The notes under the pieces are model-generated. The model ran no database searches. It was given only the letters and a program-made list of their open reading frames with translations, and was not told where the DNA came from. Source: Lama guanicoe (lineage: Eukaryota). From it: a DNA stretch of 62,000 nucleotides. A program made the translations under genes and the position numbers. Numbering within the stretch: the first letter of the stretch is position 1; every line of letters starts with the position of its first letter. Of the stretch, positions 26,929 through 37,600 are shown piece after piece. The stretch covers positions 14,312,373 to 14,374,372 of the forward strand of contig MU053881.1 in the NCBI GenBank assembly GCA_013239625.1, read 5' to 3'.

Positions 26929-27328
26929 CCAAGATGCCCAGGACTGAAGAGATGGATTCACTTCTCCCCAGGAGTTCAGTGTTGCGGTGTCCAGAGCATT
27001 CCTATGTGGAAAGACTATACCACCCCGGGGAGGACTAAAACCCTTTTTTGGGGCAATGTACAGGGATCCCCCCAATAGATATCAAGCATCAGGGCCACTC
27101 AGGTTCAAAGGTCATTCAGGGTCAACACTCAGGGTCAAAACATGTCATAGGATCCTTGAGGTCACCCTAGTCTCTAATCCCTGGGACAGAGGTGCTTTTT
27201 GCTTCTTTGGTTGTGGCCACTCCCCATCTCTGTCTGCCTCCTTAGCTGATCCCAAGTGACCAGCTCTTGGAGGGTGTGAGCAACGCAGACTTAACATCCT
27301 GGTGGTGCCTGGGGTCTGGTGGCCTCTG

Positions 27329-27334
27329 AATAAA
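27329..27334 (+). terminator. GMIP polyadenylation signal
   Basis: AATAAA about 400 nt after the stop codon. Confidence 0.75.
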
Positions 27335-27619
27335 CTGAGTCCTTTATACCCTTGAGTGCCTTTATACCCCTGAGTGCTAGGGAAGAGTGACAGAGGAGAG
27401 GTCGGTAAAATCCTTCCGCTCCATTTTACAGACCAGGAAAAACAGACCCCCTTTCTTTCATCCCAGAACACCCACGAGAACCTACCAGCAGTAGGGGCTG
27501 TGCCTGGGCACCTGGCTGAGTCACATTGGGGCCTCCCTCCCAGAGCTCCGTGTCCCTGATCCGGTCCTGCATAATCAAATATAACAAAGTGCAGATAACT
27601 GGGACAATGGGGCTGTGTG

Positions 27620-28680
27620 CTCTGGGCCGTGGGAGCCCAGGGCCGCCACAGGCGTGGGCCGAGTAGGGAACAGCGCTGCCAGGGGCGGGATTTCGAGAAA
27701 TCTGAGTGTGGTCGGACGGTCAGCTGGCGCCAGAGTGGTCCACGGAGCAAGGGAAGCCGCAGCGCGCGATAGCTCCGGGCCGAAGAAGCCGAGGAGGGGC
27801 TGGGGTCTCGGCGGTGGGAGCCGGGTCGGATCAGGGCGTGGCTTGGAACTCGGCGACGGATTGGACACGAGGAAGCGGGAGGGGTGGGGCCGGGGCGGGG
27901 GCGCGGACCCTGAGACCACCCGGAGGTGGGCCCTGGCGGCGCGAGGTCACGGCGGGAATTCTCCGGCAGCGAGTGGCTCAGCCCCGCGAAGGCCCAAAAC
28001 TGCGGGCGCATGAGGTGTGCGGGGACGAGGGGTGGGGGTCCTCCGCCGGAAGTGGACGGGGCGACCGAGGGGCCGCGAGGCAGGGAGGAAATGAGGGAGC
28101 TGTGGTTCCGGGCGACCCTGTCCTCGCCAAGGAGGCGGAAGCGTGACTCCCCCAGGTGGTGGGGACGGGGCAGGGCTCACCCAGGTGGCGGGGGCGGGGC
28201 TCGGGACCCCGCCTCCCGCACTCTCTTGGCCTCTCGCGCCCGGCGCACCCAGACGCTCCTCTTCCCGCGGCGGTCTCCTGGTCATGGGTCTCCCACGCGA
28301 GGCCGCCCGGTAAACGGCGTGACGGACGGCCCAGGTGAGGCCGGCACGGACGGGGGAGGGTGGGCGCGGGGTCCGGGGAGGGTGCGGCACGTGTCCGCAG
28401 GGCCCGGGCACCGCCCCCTCCTCTCCTCCGTTCTGCTCCTCCCCCAGCCCGCGGGCTCCGGGAGGCCCGGCCAGCCGCCGCCTCCCTGACCGCCCCTTTT
28501 ATCCCAGAGGCCGTCGGGGTCCTCACCCAACCCGGGCCGGCCCAATTCCCCGTCCGCTTCGGGAGCATTCACGCCCAAAGACCGCCGCCCGACTGATGGG
28601 GCTGACTCACTACCAATCTGATTGCCCGGGTCACCTCCACGCCCCAGCACCGACCGCCTGCCCGGTCCTAGCAGTGGCCC
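27620..28680 (+). promoter_or_regulatory. LPAR2 CpG-island promoter
   Basis: High CpG density, GC boxes, CCGGAAGT near 28046-28053. Confidence 0.75.
28200..28334 (+). other. LPAR2: LPAR2 non-coding first exon (5' end approximate)
   Basis: Good donor CAG|GTGAGG after 28334; the coding exon acceptor TTAG|ATG puts the start codon at its first base, so an upstream UTR exon is required. Confidence 0.6.
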
Positions 28681-29104
28681 CACCCTGTGGCTCTACTCCC
28701 TGCACTGACTCCCAAAACCAAACTGACCCTTCCTTACCTATTTTCACGGCTCACACCCCTTTGTCCTGCTCTAGCCGCCCCCAGCACAGATTGGTGGTGC
28801 ATGGGCAGATGGGTTTTATTTTGCTTCTTTAGTTTAAAAAAACAAAACCAACCAGCAGTTTGATTTGGGTGACATCTTTATAAAAGTCATTAGTAATTAA
28901 GTAACAGCTGCCCTGCCCAACCCCCCAACGCAAGGAGCTCGCTTTTCTAGGTCACTCTGCTCCCCACCACTGCCACTTTGCCCCGAGGCATCTGAGTTTG
29001 AGACCCTTGTCCTTCCTGTCCTAACCTTCCCTCTGGCTGCTGTTCCCTCCTGTGTCCTTCCACAAGAACACAGGGCTGCCTTAACTCTCCCTCTGTGCCC
29101 TTAG

Positions 29105-30884
29105 ATGGTCAAGATGGGCCAGTGCTACTACAACGAGACCATTGGCTTTTTCTACAACAACAGTGGCAAGGAGCTGAGCTCCCACTGGCGGCCCAAGGAT
29201 GTGGTTGTGGTGACACTGGGGCTGACTGTCAGCGTGCTGGTGCTACTGACTAACCTGCTGATCATCGCAGCCATCGCCTCCAACCGCCGCTTCCACCAGC
29301 CCATTTACTACCTGCTTGGCAACCTGGCCGCAGCTGACCTCTTTGCTGGTGTAGCCTACCTCTTCCTCATGTTCCACACGGGCCCGCGCACAGCCCGGCT
29401 CTCACTGGAGGGCTGGTTCTTGCGACAGGGCCTGTTGGACACAAGCCTAACGGCATCCGTAGCCACGCTGCTGGCCATTGCCGTGGAACGGCACCGCAGC
29501 GTGATGGCCGTGCAGCTGCACAGCCGCCTGCCCCGAGGCCGGGTCATCATGCTTATCGTGGGCGTGTGGGTGGCGGCCCTGGGCCTGGGGCTGCTGCCTG
29601 CCCACTCCTGGCACTGCCTCTGCGCCCTGGACCGCTGCTCACGCATGGCCCCCCTACTCAGCCGCTCCTACCTGGCCGTCTGGGCCCTGTCCAGCCTGCT
29701 CGTCTTCCTGCTCATGGTGGCCGTCTACACGCGCATTTTCTTCTATGTAAGACGGCGGGTTCAGCGCATGGCAGAGCATGTCAGCTGCCACCCCCGCTAC
29801 CGTGAAACCACGCTCAGCCTGGTCAAGACTGTTGTCATCATCCTGGGTGAGTGGCGCCTGCTTCCCCCCAACTCCTGCAAGACCTGATAGAACATGATGG
29901 GAGGGGTGATTTGGGTGGGGAATATTCTCCTAGGAAGTGATACCTGAGCAGAGACCTGAATGTTGGGCAAGGGAAGACTTCCAGGCAGAGGGACCAGAAG
30001 CTGAGAGCCCCAGACAGGACCAGCCCAGGACCAGCCCAGCACCTCCAAAGAGAAGGCCCACATGGCTGGTCTGCGAGGAGAGAAGTTCAGCATGGCATCG
30101 AAGGGCACAGATAGGAGTCAGATTTTGTTCTGAGTTCCGTGGGAAGCTCTTAAGAGTTCTTAGCCAGGAGTATTGAGTTCAGTCTGGCTGTGGAAAGTAT
30201 AATGGTCTGAGTGAGAGAGGCACACACACCATCCCCAAGAAACAAAGAGCAACTCTTCCCAATCATTCTTTTCCCCCAACCGAGTAATTGGCCGGTCCCA
30301 CAGTGGCCTCCTTTCCCCCAAAGAACAAATCTCCATGTAGAAATCTCCAGGGTCTGGTCCACCATGTACCCATTTAGGAAAGGTGTCCCTCTGGCAGACA
30401 AATCAGAGAAAGTTTCCCCTCTTAGCATTTCTGCCCCATCACACCACAAAGGCAGAAAGACAGGCAGTTCTCCCTGCAAACTGCACAGCTGTCATCCCAA
30501 GCTCTGAGACCCCTCCAGCTCTGAGCTGTGGCAACAGCTGGCCCTGCTCACATCAGGCTCCATCCCGCAGGGGCGTTTGTGGTCTGCTGGACGCCGGGCC
30601 AGGTGGTGCTCCTTCTGGATGGTCTGGGCTGCAAGTCCTGCAACGTCCTGGCTGTGGAGAAGTATTTCCTACTCTTGGCCGAGGCCAACTCACTGGTCAA
30701 CGCTGTGGTATACTCATGCCGAGATGCTGAGATGCGCCGCACCTTCCGCCGCCTCCTCTGCTGTCTGTGCCTCCGCCGATCCACCCACGAGTCTGCTCAC
30801 TACACATCCTCCACCCGGACAGGCACCAGCACTCGCATCATGCTTTCCGAGAATGGCCATCCCCTGATGGACTCCACCCTTTAA
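29105..30884 (+). CDS. LPAR2: Lysophosphatidic acid receptor 2 (EDG4), class A GPCR, 351 aa
   Basis: join(29105-29846,30571-30884) = 1056 nt. MGQCYYNETIGFFYNNSGK, NRRFHQPIYYLLGNLAAADLFAG, ERHRSV at the TM3 end, intron within TM6 as in EDG-family LPA receptors, C-terminal PDZ ligand DSTL*. Confidence 0.98.
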
Positions 30885-31458
30885 CGAACCTTGGACATCA
30901 GAGAGTACAATGAATGCCAGATCGAAACCCCTGGCCACTTGTGGATGTGCCTGGCTCTACCCAACCCGCGGGCCAGACTTAAATGCAGACTTTCAGCCCA
31001 GAATGGCATGGAACCACTGCCAGCCCCTACCTGGGCACATAACTGTGCCTGCCCCAGGGCTTGGGAGTTTGAAGTCATCTAAGCACACAGGAGAGAGTTA
31101 GGTGGGGTGCAGGAATCTGCCTGTTCAATCATCTCAGGTTGTGGGGCTTTTTAACAGACGTTTTTCTATTTTTACTGCACATCCCTGGTAAACCCTGTGG
31201 ACTGCTTCCTTGTCCCTGGTGGTGTGGGTGATAAAACTGGGAAAGATGAGGTCTCTCTCAGGCCCCACTGTCCAGTGCAACAGGGTAACAAGGACGGACT
31301 ATGGATGCTCCATCTGCCTGAGGCTGATTGTTTAGGAGCACAGACTGAGGAGTGCTGAGTGTCAGCTGGGAAAGGTTTTTGGCCCCTTGCAGCCTCCAGG
31401 GCTCTTGTCTGTCCCCATTAGAACTGAGGGGGGTCTACAAGGAGGACATGATATAAGG

Positions 31459-31464
31459 AATAAA
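31459..31464 (+). terminator. LPAR2 polyadenylation signal
   Basis: AATAAA about 575 nt after the stop codon, followed by U/GU-rich sequence. Confidence 0.7.
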
Positions 31465-33709
31465 CCTTTCTTTCCACTCTGAGGTCTCCAAAGCATTTTC
31501 TGTTGTCAACTTAATACAGTCTGTCTGTCTCTATTTCCCAGAATCGTCCACTTTGGCTCAAACTGAGCCGGGATCCTTCAGCATGGCTTCTCCTTGGCCC
31601 CAGTCTCATTCCCCTTTGGTCTCTACATGGCTGCTGCTCCACCTCTCTCGTTGGAGTCTTGTGTCTGTTCCCTTTTGCCTCTGTCTCCTCCACCTGTTCC
31701 CCTGCCTTCATCTTGCCACCTTCCTCTGTCTTCATCCTTTGGAGCCCAGAGTGGTCTCTGGCCCCTGTGAGCCCTCTCTCTCCTGCCTGCCCCTTTGTCT
31801 GAGTCCAGGATGTTAACAGAGGTGTATTCATCCCATTATCCCCCACTCCATCACCTACATACACACCTGTGGGCTAGGGGTAGTGGTCTCCATGGAGCAG
31901 GATGCAGGATTTGAGAGTTGCTGTTTCTCAAGCTCCTCTGATGTGCCTGGCACACTGATGAGTACTTTAGGTGCATTATTTAAGCAACACCTGCATCTCG
32001 TGGCATAGGGATTATACTTATTTTTCCGTGAGGACAGTGGCTCAGAGGTTGAGCTCTGGCCTGTGGTTCCACAGCTTCAAAAGGAGACAGATGCATCAAG
32101 GGACTAAAGAGGCCCCTGGGGAAAGGACTTCAGATTCCCACAAAGTCCAGAGTTGGCCATAAGTACAGCCTGGCTTTCCCTACTTTACCCTGAGGCCTCA
32201 GATGTACCAGACCCATGACGAGCCCCCTCTCAGATACTCACAGAGGCACTCTGAAGCATAGTGTAAACCAGGGTCTGGATTCTCTGCTTCCATACCTAGT
32301 CAGAATTTGAACCCAGGCCTCCCATCAGAGGCTAAATTCATAAACTACTAAAGCATGTGTTGCTGAAGGACCAAAAACCTGTAGGTCTTTATACATTAAA
32401 TGGGGCTGCATTTCCCTTTGGGAAAACTTCTGCCCTACAACAACTCTGTGAGGAGGCAAGAATGAACTGGGGTACAAGGTGCATCTCCAGGGTCCAAGGT
32501 GGGCAGCATGGCTCCTAGGGCCTGGGGCCTGACTCCGGAAGTGATGACCCAGGCCAGCACCTTCCACATGTGGATGGGCACACACCCGAGAAAGAAACAG
32601 TCCTTGTCTCCATGGACCTAGCTCCAGGCCTGTTGGACAGAAGTATCACTTAGGGTACGGAGGCAGCCAACCAATTCCTATAGCGTAGCAAACCCCAGTG
32701 GTCTCCAAAATGTAGCTCTGTTTCACCTGCTCTGAGCTGGCTGTTCTTGCATCAGCATCATCCAGGTTTTAACCTACAATCCTCTGGTCTCCTTTGGGAT
32801 CTTGTCCCATCAGTTTTTCCCTCTCTTGGAGGTCTCTCCTCTCAACCAGGTGACTTCAAGTTTTTGTCTCAGATGATCCCTGAAGCTTTCAATTGCCTCC
32901 CCACACCGCTGTTCTCTGAAAGACGCCAAAGTTACCGACTCTTTTCAGGCCTCCTGTGTAGTGCTACACTAGTGGCTTACCTTTTGTACAGGGTACCAGC
33001 ACTCCATGATCCCCACCTGTTCTAGTACTTCCGGTTCCTGGGCCAAGTGTTGGGTTTCCTTCATCAGGGAGCTTTCCACATTGTTCTTACACTAGCTCAC
33101 ATCACTCATTTCCATTACCTTTGGAGTGTCCAAACCCAAAGGGAATGGAGATGTCTGCATTTCCTCTCCAGCAGCAATGGGAAGAAGATGGGCCCTATCC
33201 TGAAGGGTTCTCAGGATGCTGAGGTCCCTTTATGAACCTGCATCTGGAGTCTGTCCTCAGAACAAACAGGCTCTAGGAGGTCCCACGACTCTGGAGAAGT
33301 GATTTATGTCCAATCTGTTCCTTTTCTCTCTCACAAGAATCCTTCTCTGATGCCAGGAGTCCTAACAGCTAGAAACGAAGGCCTGTGAAGAGCCGCTCTG
33401 ATTTGGGGTGAATCACAGGGTAGGTTCTCAGCAAGCATCCTTCATTCACTTGGTAACCACGCGCTAGTGGAATGCAGCAAAGCAAAAAAACTTGATAAAC
33501 AAGTGAGATCACTCTTAAACTAGACCTTGAAAGGGGAATAAAATTGATTTCTGCAGCTGGGAAAATCACTCAGTTCTATCCTCCTGTCCACCATCACCGC
33601 ACATACCTGTATCCCCTCTGGAGTGCTGGCGGGGAAGGGGAAGTCAGGAGAAAGGGAGCCCTAGTGGCTGCTGTGGGACTGAGGATGAGGGGAACATTGG
33701 CTGACTGAG

Positions 33710-34065
33710 CAAGGGTCTGGGGCTTGGCTTCTGGAGATCAACGAGGGGGTGTTGATGGGCTCTGAGAGGCATGGGGGGCGCTGAGAAGGAAGGGATGGCT
33801 TGGGAGAAAAGTGGGGTGCTCGAAGAAGTCACACTCTGAGACGTGTGGGTCCCTGAGGAATTGGGGGTCTAAAGAGAAAAAGTAGAGGCTCTGAAGAAGA
33901 GTGGGGGCTCCGAAGAGACTTGAGGGTCTCTGAAGAGATGTGGAGGCTGTGAGGAGACGTGAAGGGCTCTGAGGAGGAGAAAGTGCCCCTGAGCGGGAGT
34001 GGTTGCTCTGAGGAGGTGCAGGAGGCAGAGATGTAGTGGGTAGGGGGTCGGGGGCCTCTGAAGCA
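33710..34065 (+). repeat. Degenerate purine-rich ~20-bp minisatellite upstream of PBX4
   Basis: Recurrent GGGGCTCTGAAGAGA-like units (gaggctctgaagaaga, ggggctccgaagaga, gggtctctgaagaga, gaggctgtgaggaga, agggctctgaggagga). Confidence 0.6.
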
Positions 34066-34099
34066 GAGCAAAGCCAGCATCGCTCTCCAGCTGGAGGGG

Positions 34100-34660
34100 A
34101 GGAGGGGCGTGGAAAGCGCCGTTGCCTCGGCAACCCCCAACTGAGTCCAGGAGGTTGAGACGGGCTGCTAGGGGCTTGTCTGTGGGCGGTGCGCAGCCGC
34201 CTGGGAGCCGGCGGTTGGCTGGCGGCGACAGTGGGGTGTGTCCGTGGGCGGGCCGCGGCCGCCTGTTTGGCGGCGGTTGGCCAGAGGTGGTGGCGGAGGG
34301 CGGGGCCTGGGCGCGCGCGTGCGCGCGCGTGCGGAGCATAGACGGCGGCAGTTGGGTACAGAGCTAGCGCGAGCTTTCCAAGCTCCTCGGCTCCTCCTTA
34401 AGCTTCTGCCGGGCCCCGCTGCTCATGGAGGACCCGCAGCGCCCCGCGCCGCCGCCCCCTGCCCCGCGCCGCCCGCCGCCCGGGCCTTCGCCGGACTCCC
34501 ACACGAGTGATGTCCTGCAGAAGATCATGGCCATCACCGACCAGAGCCTGGACGAGGCACAGGCCAGGTGCTGCGCGGGCTCGGCGAGGGCCACCCAAAG
34601 TCGCTTCAGTGAAGGGGGCGGACCGAGGGGCCAGGGCCGGGGCGGTTGGGTCGTGAGGAG
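34100..34660 (+). promoter_or_regulatory. PBX4 CpG-island promoter
   Basis: CpG-rich, GC box, GCGCGCGCGTGCGCGCGCGTGCG tract near 34311-34333. Confidence 0.75.
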
Positions 34661-37600
34661 GGTGAAGGGTGAGAGATAAGGTGAGTCTCTGGGCAGAGAG
34701 GGAGAGGACAGATGTGAGGGGCTTGAGGAGGACTGAAGAGGGGTTCCGAGGCCGGAAGGATGTATGGGGGTGAAATGAAACGGATTGAAAGGAGGCTTAT
34801 GGGGCTCAGTAGTGGGTGATGGGTTTCAGAAGCTCGTCCGGAGGTGAGAAGGATGGGTTTGAGGACATTTTGTGGATGGATAAAAGAGCTTTATGGTGAA
34901 AAGTGGTTGCAGGGTTTATGGCATGTAAGGGAGAGAGAGTGTTGAGGAGGCGTAAGTTCTGAGAGATGGGTGCACACGAAATCTGTGAAGGATGGACCAC
35001 TAAATGGATGGATCAGTGGGATTTATGAAGGTAGGAAGTTTCGAGGGTAGATAATGGAGAGTTAGTGGGAAATAGGACTCGGGAATGTCCAGATGGGTGA
35101 TTCGATGTGGGAACCATTTGGAAAAAAGGTTAATGGGGGAGTTGAGTGGGGACAGAAGACCCTTTTTTAAAATTAATTTGGCAAATATTTCTTAGACACT
35201 TACTGTGTGCAGGCACTGAGCTGGGTACTGACATAGTCATGGCTCTCAAGCTCATGGTTTGAGGGAGAGAAAATAAGTAGCAAAAACAAGTGTCAGTTGT
35301 GAGAAAAGTTGTAAGTAAAGGGCTAGCATGCTGTGGAAAGCCAGGTGGAGAGGGTACAGCACCTTCAGAGGCCCAGAGGTGGGAAAGGGTGGGGAATAAA
35401 GCAGAACCAAGGACTAAAAGCCCCGAGTAGAGCCAAGAGAGTCTGGAACCAGATCACATGGGGCCTACAAGTCTCAGGAAGGAGTTTGCATATTATTTCA
35501 GTTGCAGTAGAAAAAATCATAGCAGTTTTAAGATCACCTGTCCCACTTGTCAGGCAGCCAGGATTGGTAGAATCTACTTTACAAAGCCACGCATTGTGTT
35601 TGGGACCTGCTTAAATTGTTAGAAAGTAGGAAAGCATTGAATGACCTCTTTTTGGAGGATGAGGCCTTGTTGAATGGGACCTGTTTTGGGATGAGGGATG
35701 GTCCCTGTGGATGGGACCAGGGCCTGGCGGTGTGGACTGGGCAGTGCCTAGAACCTTCTAGTGAAGAGGGGTTACAAAGCCACATGAACAGCAGCCCCAG
35801 GAAGGAGGAGGCAATGTAAAAGATGGATATGGCATGCATTTGTTCTTCAAACTTTCTTTCCTTTGTTTCTTGTAGAATGTTGACTCTTTCCACAGTTTCA
35901 TGGTCTCTTTCTGAAAAGTTAAGAGTGTCACACACACACACCATCACCACCACCACCAGTGGAGCATTGTGCTAGGTACTTCAGAAACCAAGATGGCTAA
36001 GATGTTCTCTGCCTTCTCAGAGCTCATTCAGGAGTAGGGTGTGTGAGAGACTAACTTATAAATAGTCATCATAATAGAAGTGTGCTGAGTAGAGATAATT
36101 CCTGGCGCAAAAGAGCTGGGCCAGGAGAGGGTCCCCTTCTGTGGTGCCCTGTCTGCTGAGACAGGATAGTCTGAGAGCAAGGACTTCATTGTAACTTTCC
36201 TTTGTATTCCCAGGGCTGTGCACAATGCCTGGCACCTAGCATTAGGTAAAGTTTTGTGGCACTTAGATTCTGGATGGATTGGTGGGAGCTGGGAGAGCTG
36301 GGAAATGGGCTCTTCACAGTCCAGAAGCACAGTGGCAGTGCACTAGGTGTTTGCAGAGCCACACCCACCCAGTGGTGTATTTCTTCTGTCCTAGGCAAGG
36401 AGCTACTCAAGGACTGAACTCTGCTCAGATGTGACCTTCCTCAGGCTTCGGTCACCCCGGCACAGCCCTGAGGCTGCTACTTTTTTCTGGTAGCAGTCTT
36501 TTGAGGTCCTAGGCTCCCCAAGATAGGCATTAGAATGGAATGCAGCCAGTCACCCTTGTCTTGGCTGTTCTCAAAAAGACTTCTTTTTCATTTAAGGCTA
36601 AGAAACTGAATAGTGGGGCCTTATACTTGCTTGGCAACATAGCTGTTAGGCAACTGGTTCCTGGTCTCTTTCTGAGGTAGAAAGACCCCTGGGGCTTTTA
36701 TTTGAGACTTTGGAAGCTTCAGATTTGCCCTACTCCTTGCATCATCTTTTAAGTTTTATTTGTTTGTTTGTTTGTTTTTAAGGGTCAGGGCTGCTCAGCT
36801 TTGCTTTCCTCTCCCCACCTGCAGATGGCTGTCTCCAGAGCCAGGAAGGCCTATTTTTTTTAGGTAGAGAGAGGTAATTAGGTTCATTTATTTATTTTTT
36901 ATTATTATTTTTTAATGGAGGTACTGGAGATTGAACCCAGGACCTTGCACATGCTAAGCATAAACTCTACCACTGAGCTATACCCTTCCCCCCAGCATAG
37001 CCTTTAGATAAATTCAAGGTCCTAAATGTCACCCAAGCCCAGACACCAGTCTTCAGTCCTCAGGTGGGCCACTTACTCCGCTCTGGAGAAAACACAGCTT
37101 GGGTAGATCTTTTCCTCAATAATAAAGTCTGCAGCCTGGTAGATTATCAACTTGGGTGGGGAAGCGGATTGTGTCTTTCCTGATCAGCCGAGTGGGGGAG
37201 GCCTCTGCAAGTCTTTCTGACGCTACCCTCCCTCTGCCCTGCCAACCCCTTCACAGCCCCAGCAAGAAAGAATTTTAGCTCAACTGGCCAGCAAGAAAGA
37301 ATTTTTTGTCTCAGATATTAGGCCTTCTCAACTTGTTTCATCACCATAATTGTGTTTAAAGAAGGAATGCCCACCTATTCTCCTTAAACTTGGATTCTTA
37401 CACTTTTCTGCATTATTAAGAAAGCAACTCTAAGCGCTTGTGTGTAATTCATTTTGTCATTATAGCTGAATAGTCTCAGAGTAGAGAACTGTTTGTTGCT
37501 CTTCCTTCTGGCTACCCAGATAGTGAAGGGACACTGGGGACTTTGGAATGAACCATTTTGGTTTAAATTCAGCCCAAGTCAGCCGGAGACTTCCTGTGTA

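Noticed and set aside
28005..28020. Alternative LPAR2 first-exon donor GAG|GTGTGC
   Set aside because: Plausible but weak; cannot be supported without transcripts.
27145..28832. Cluster of 150-290 aa ORFs on both strands
   Set aside because: Stop-poor CpG-island sequence at the LPAR2 promoter.
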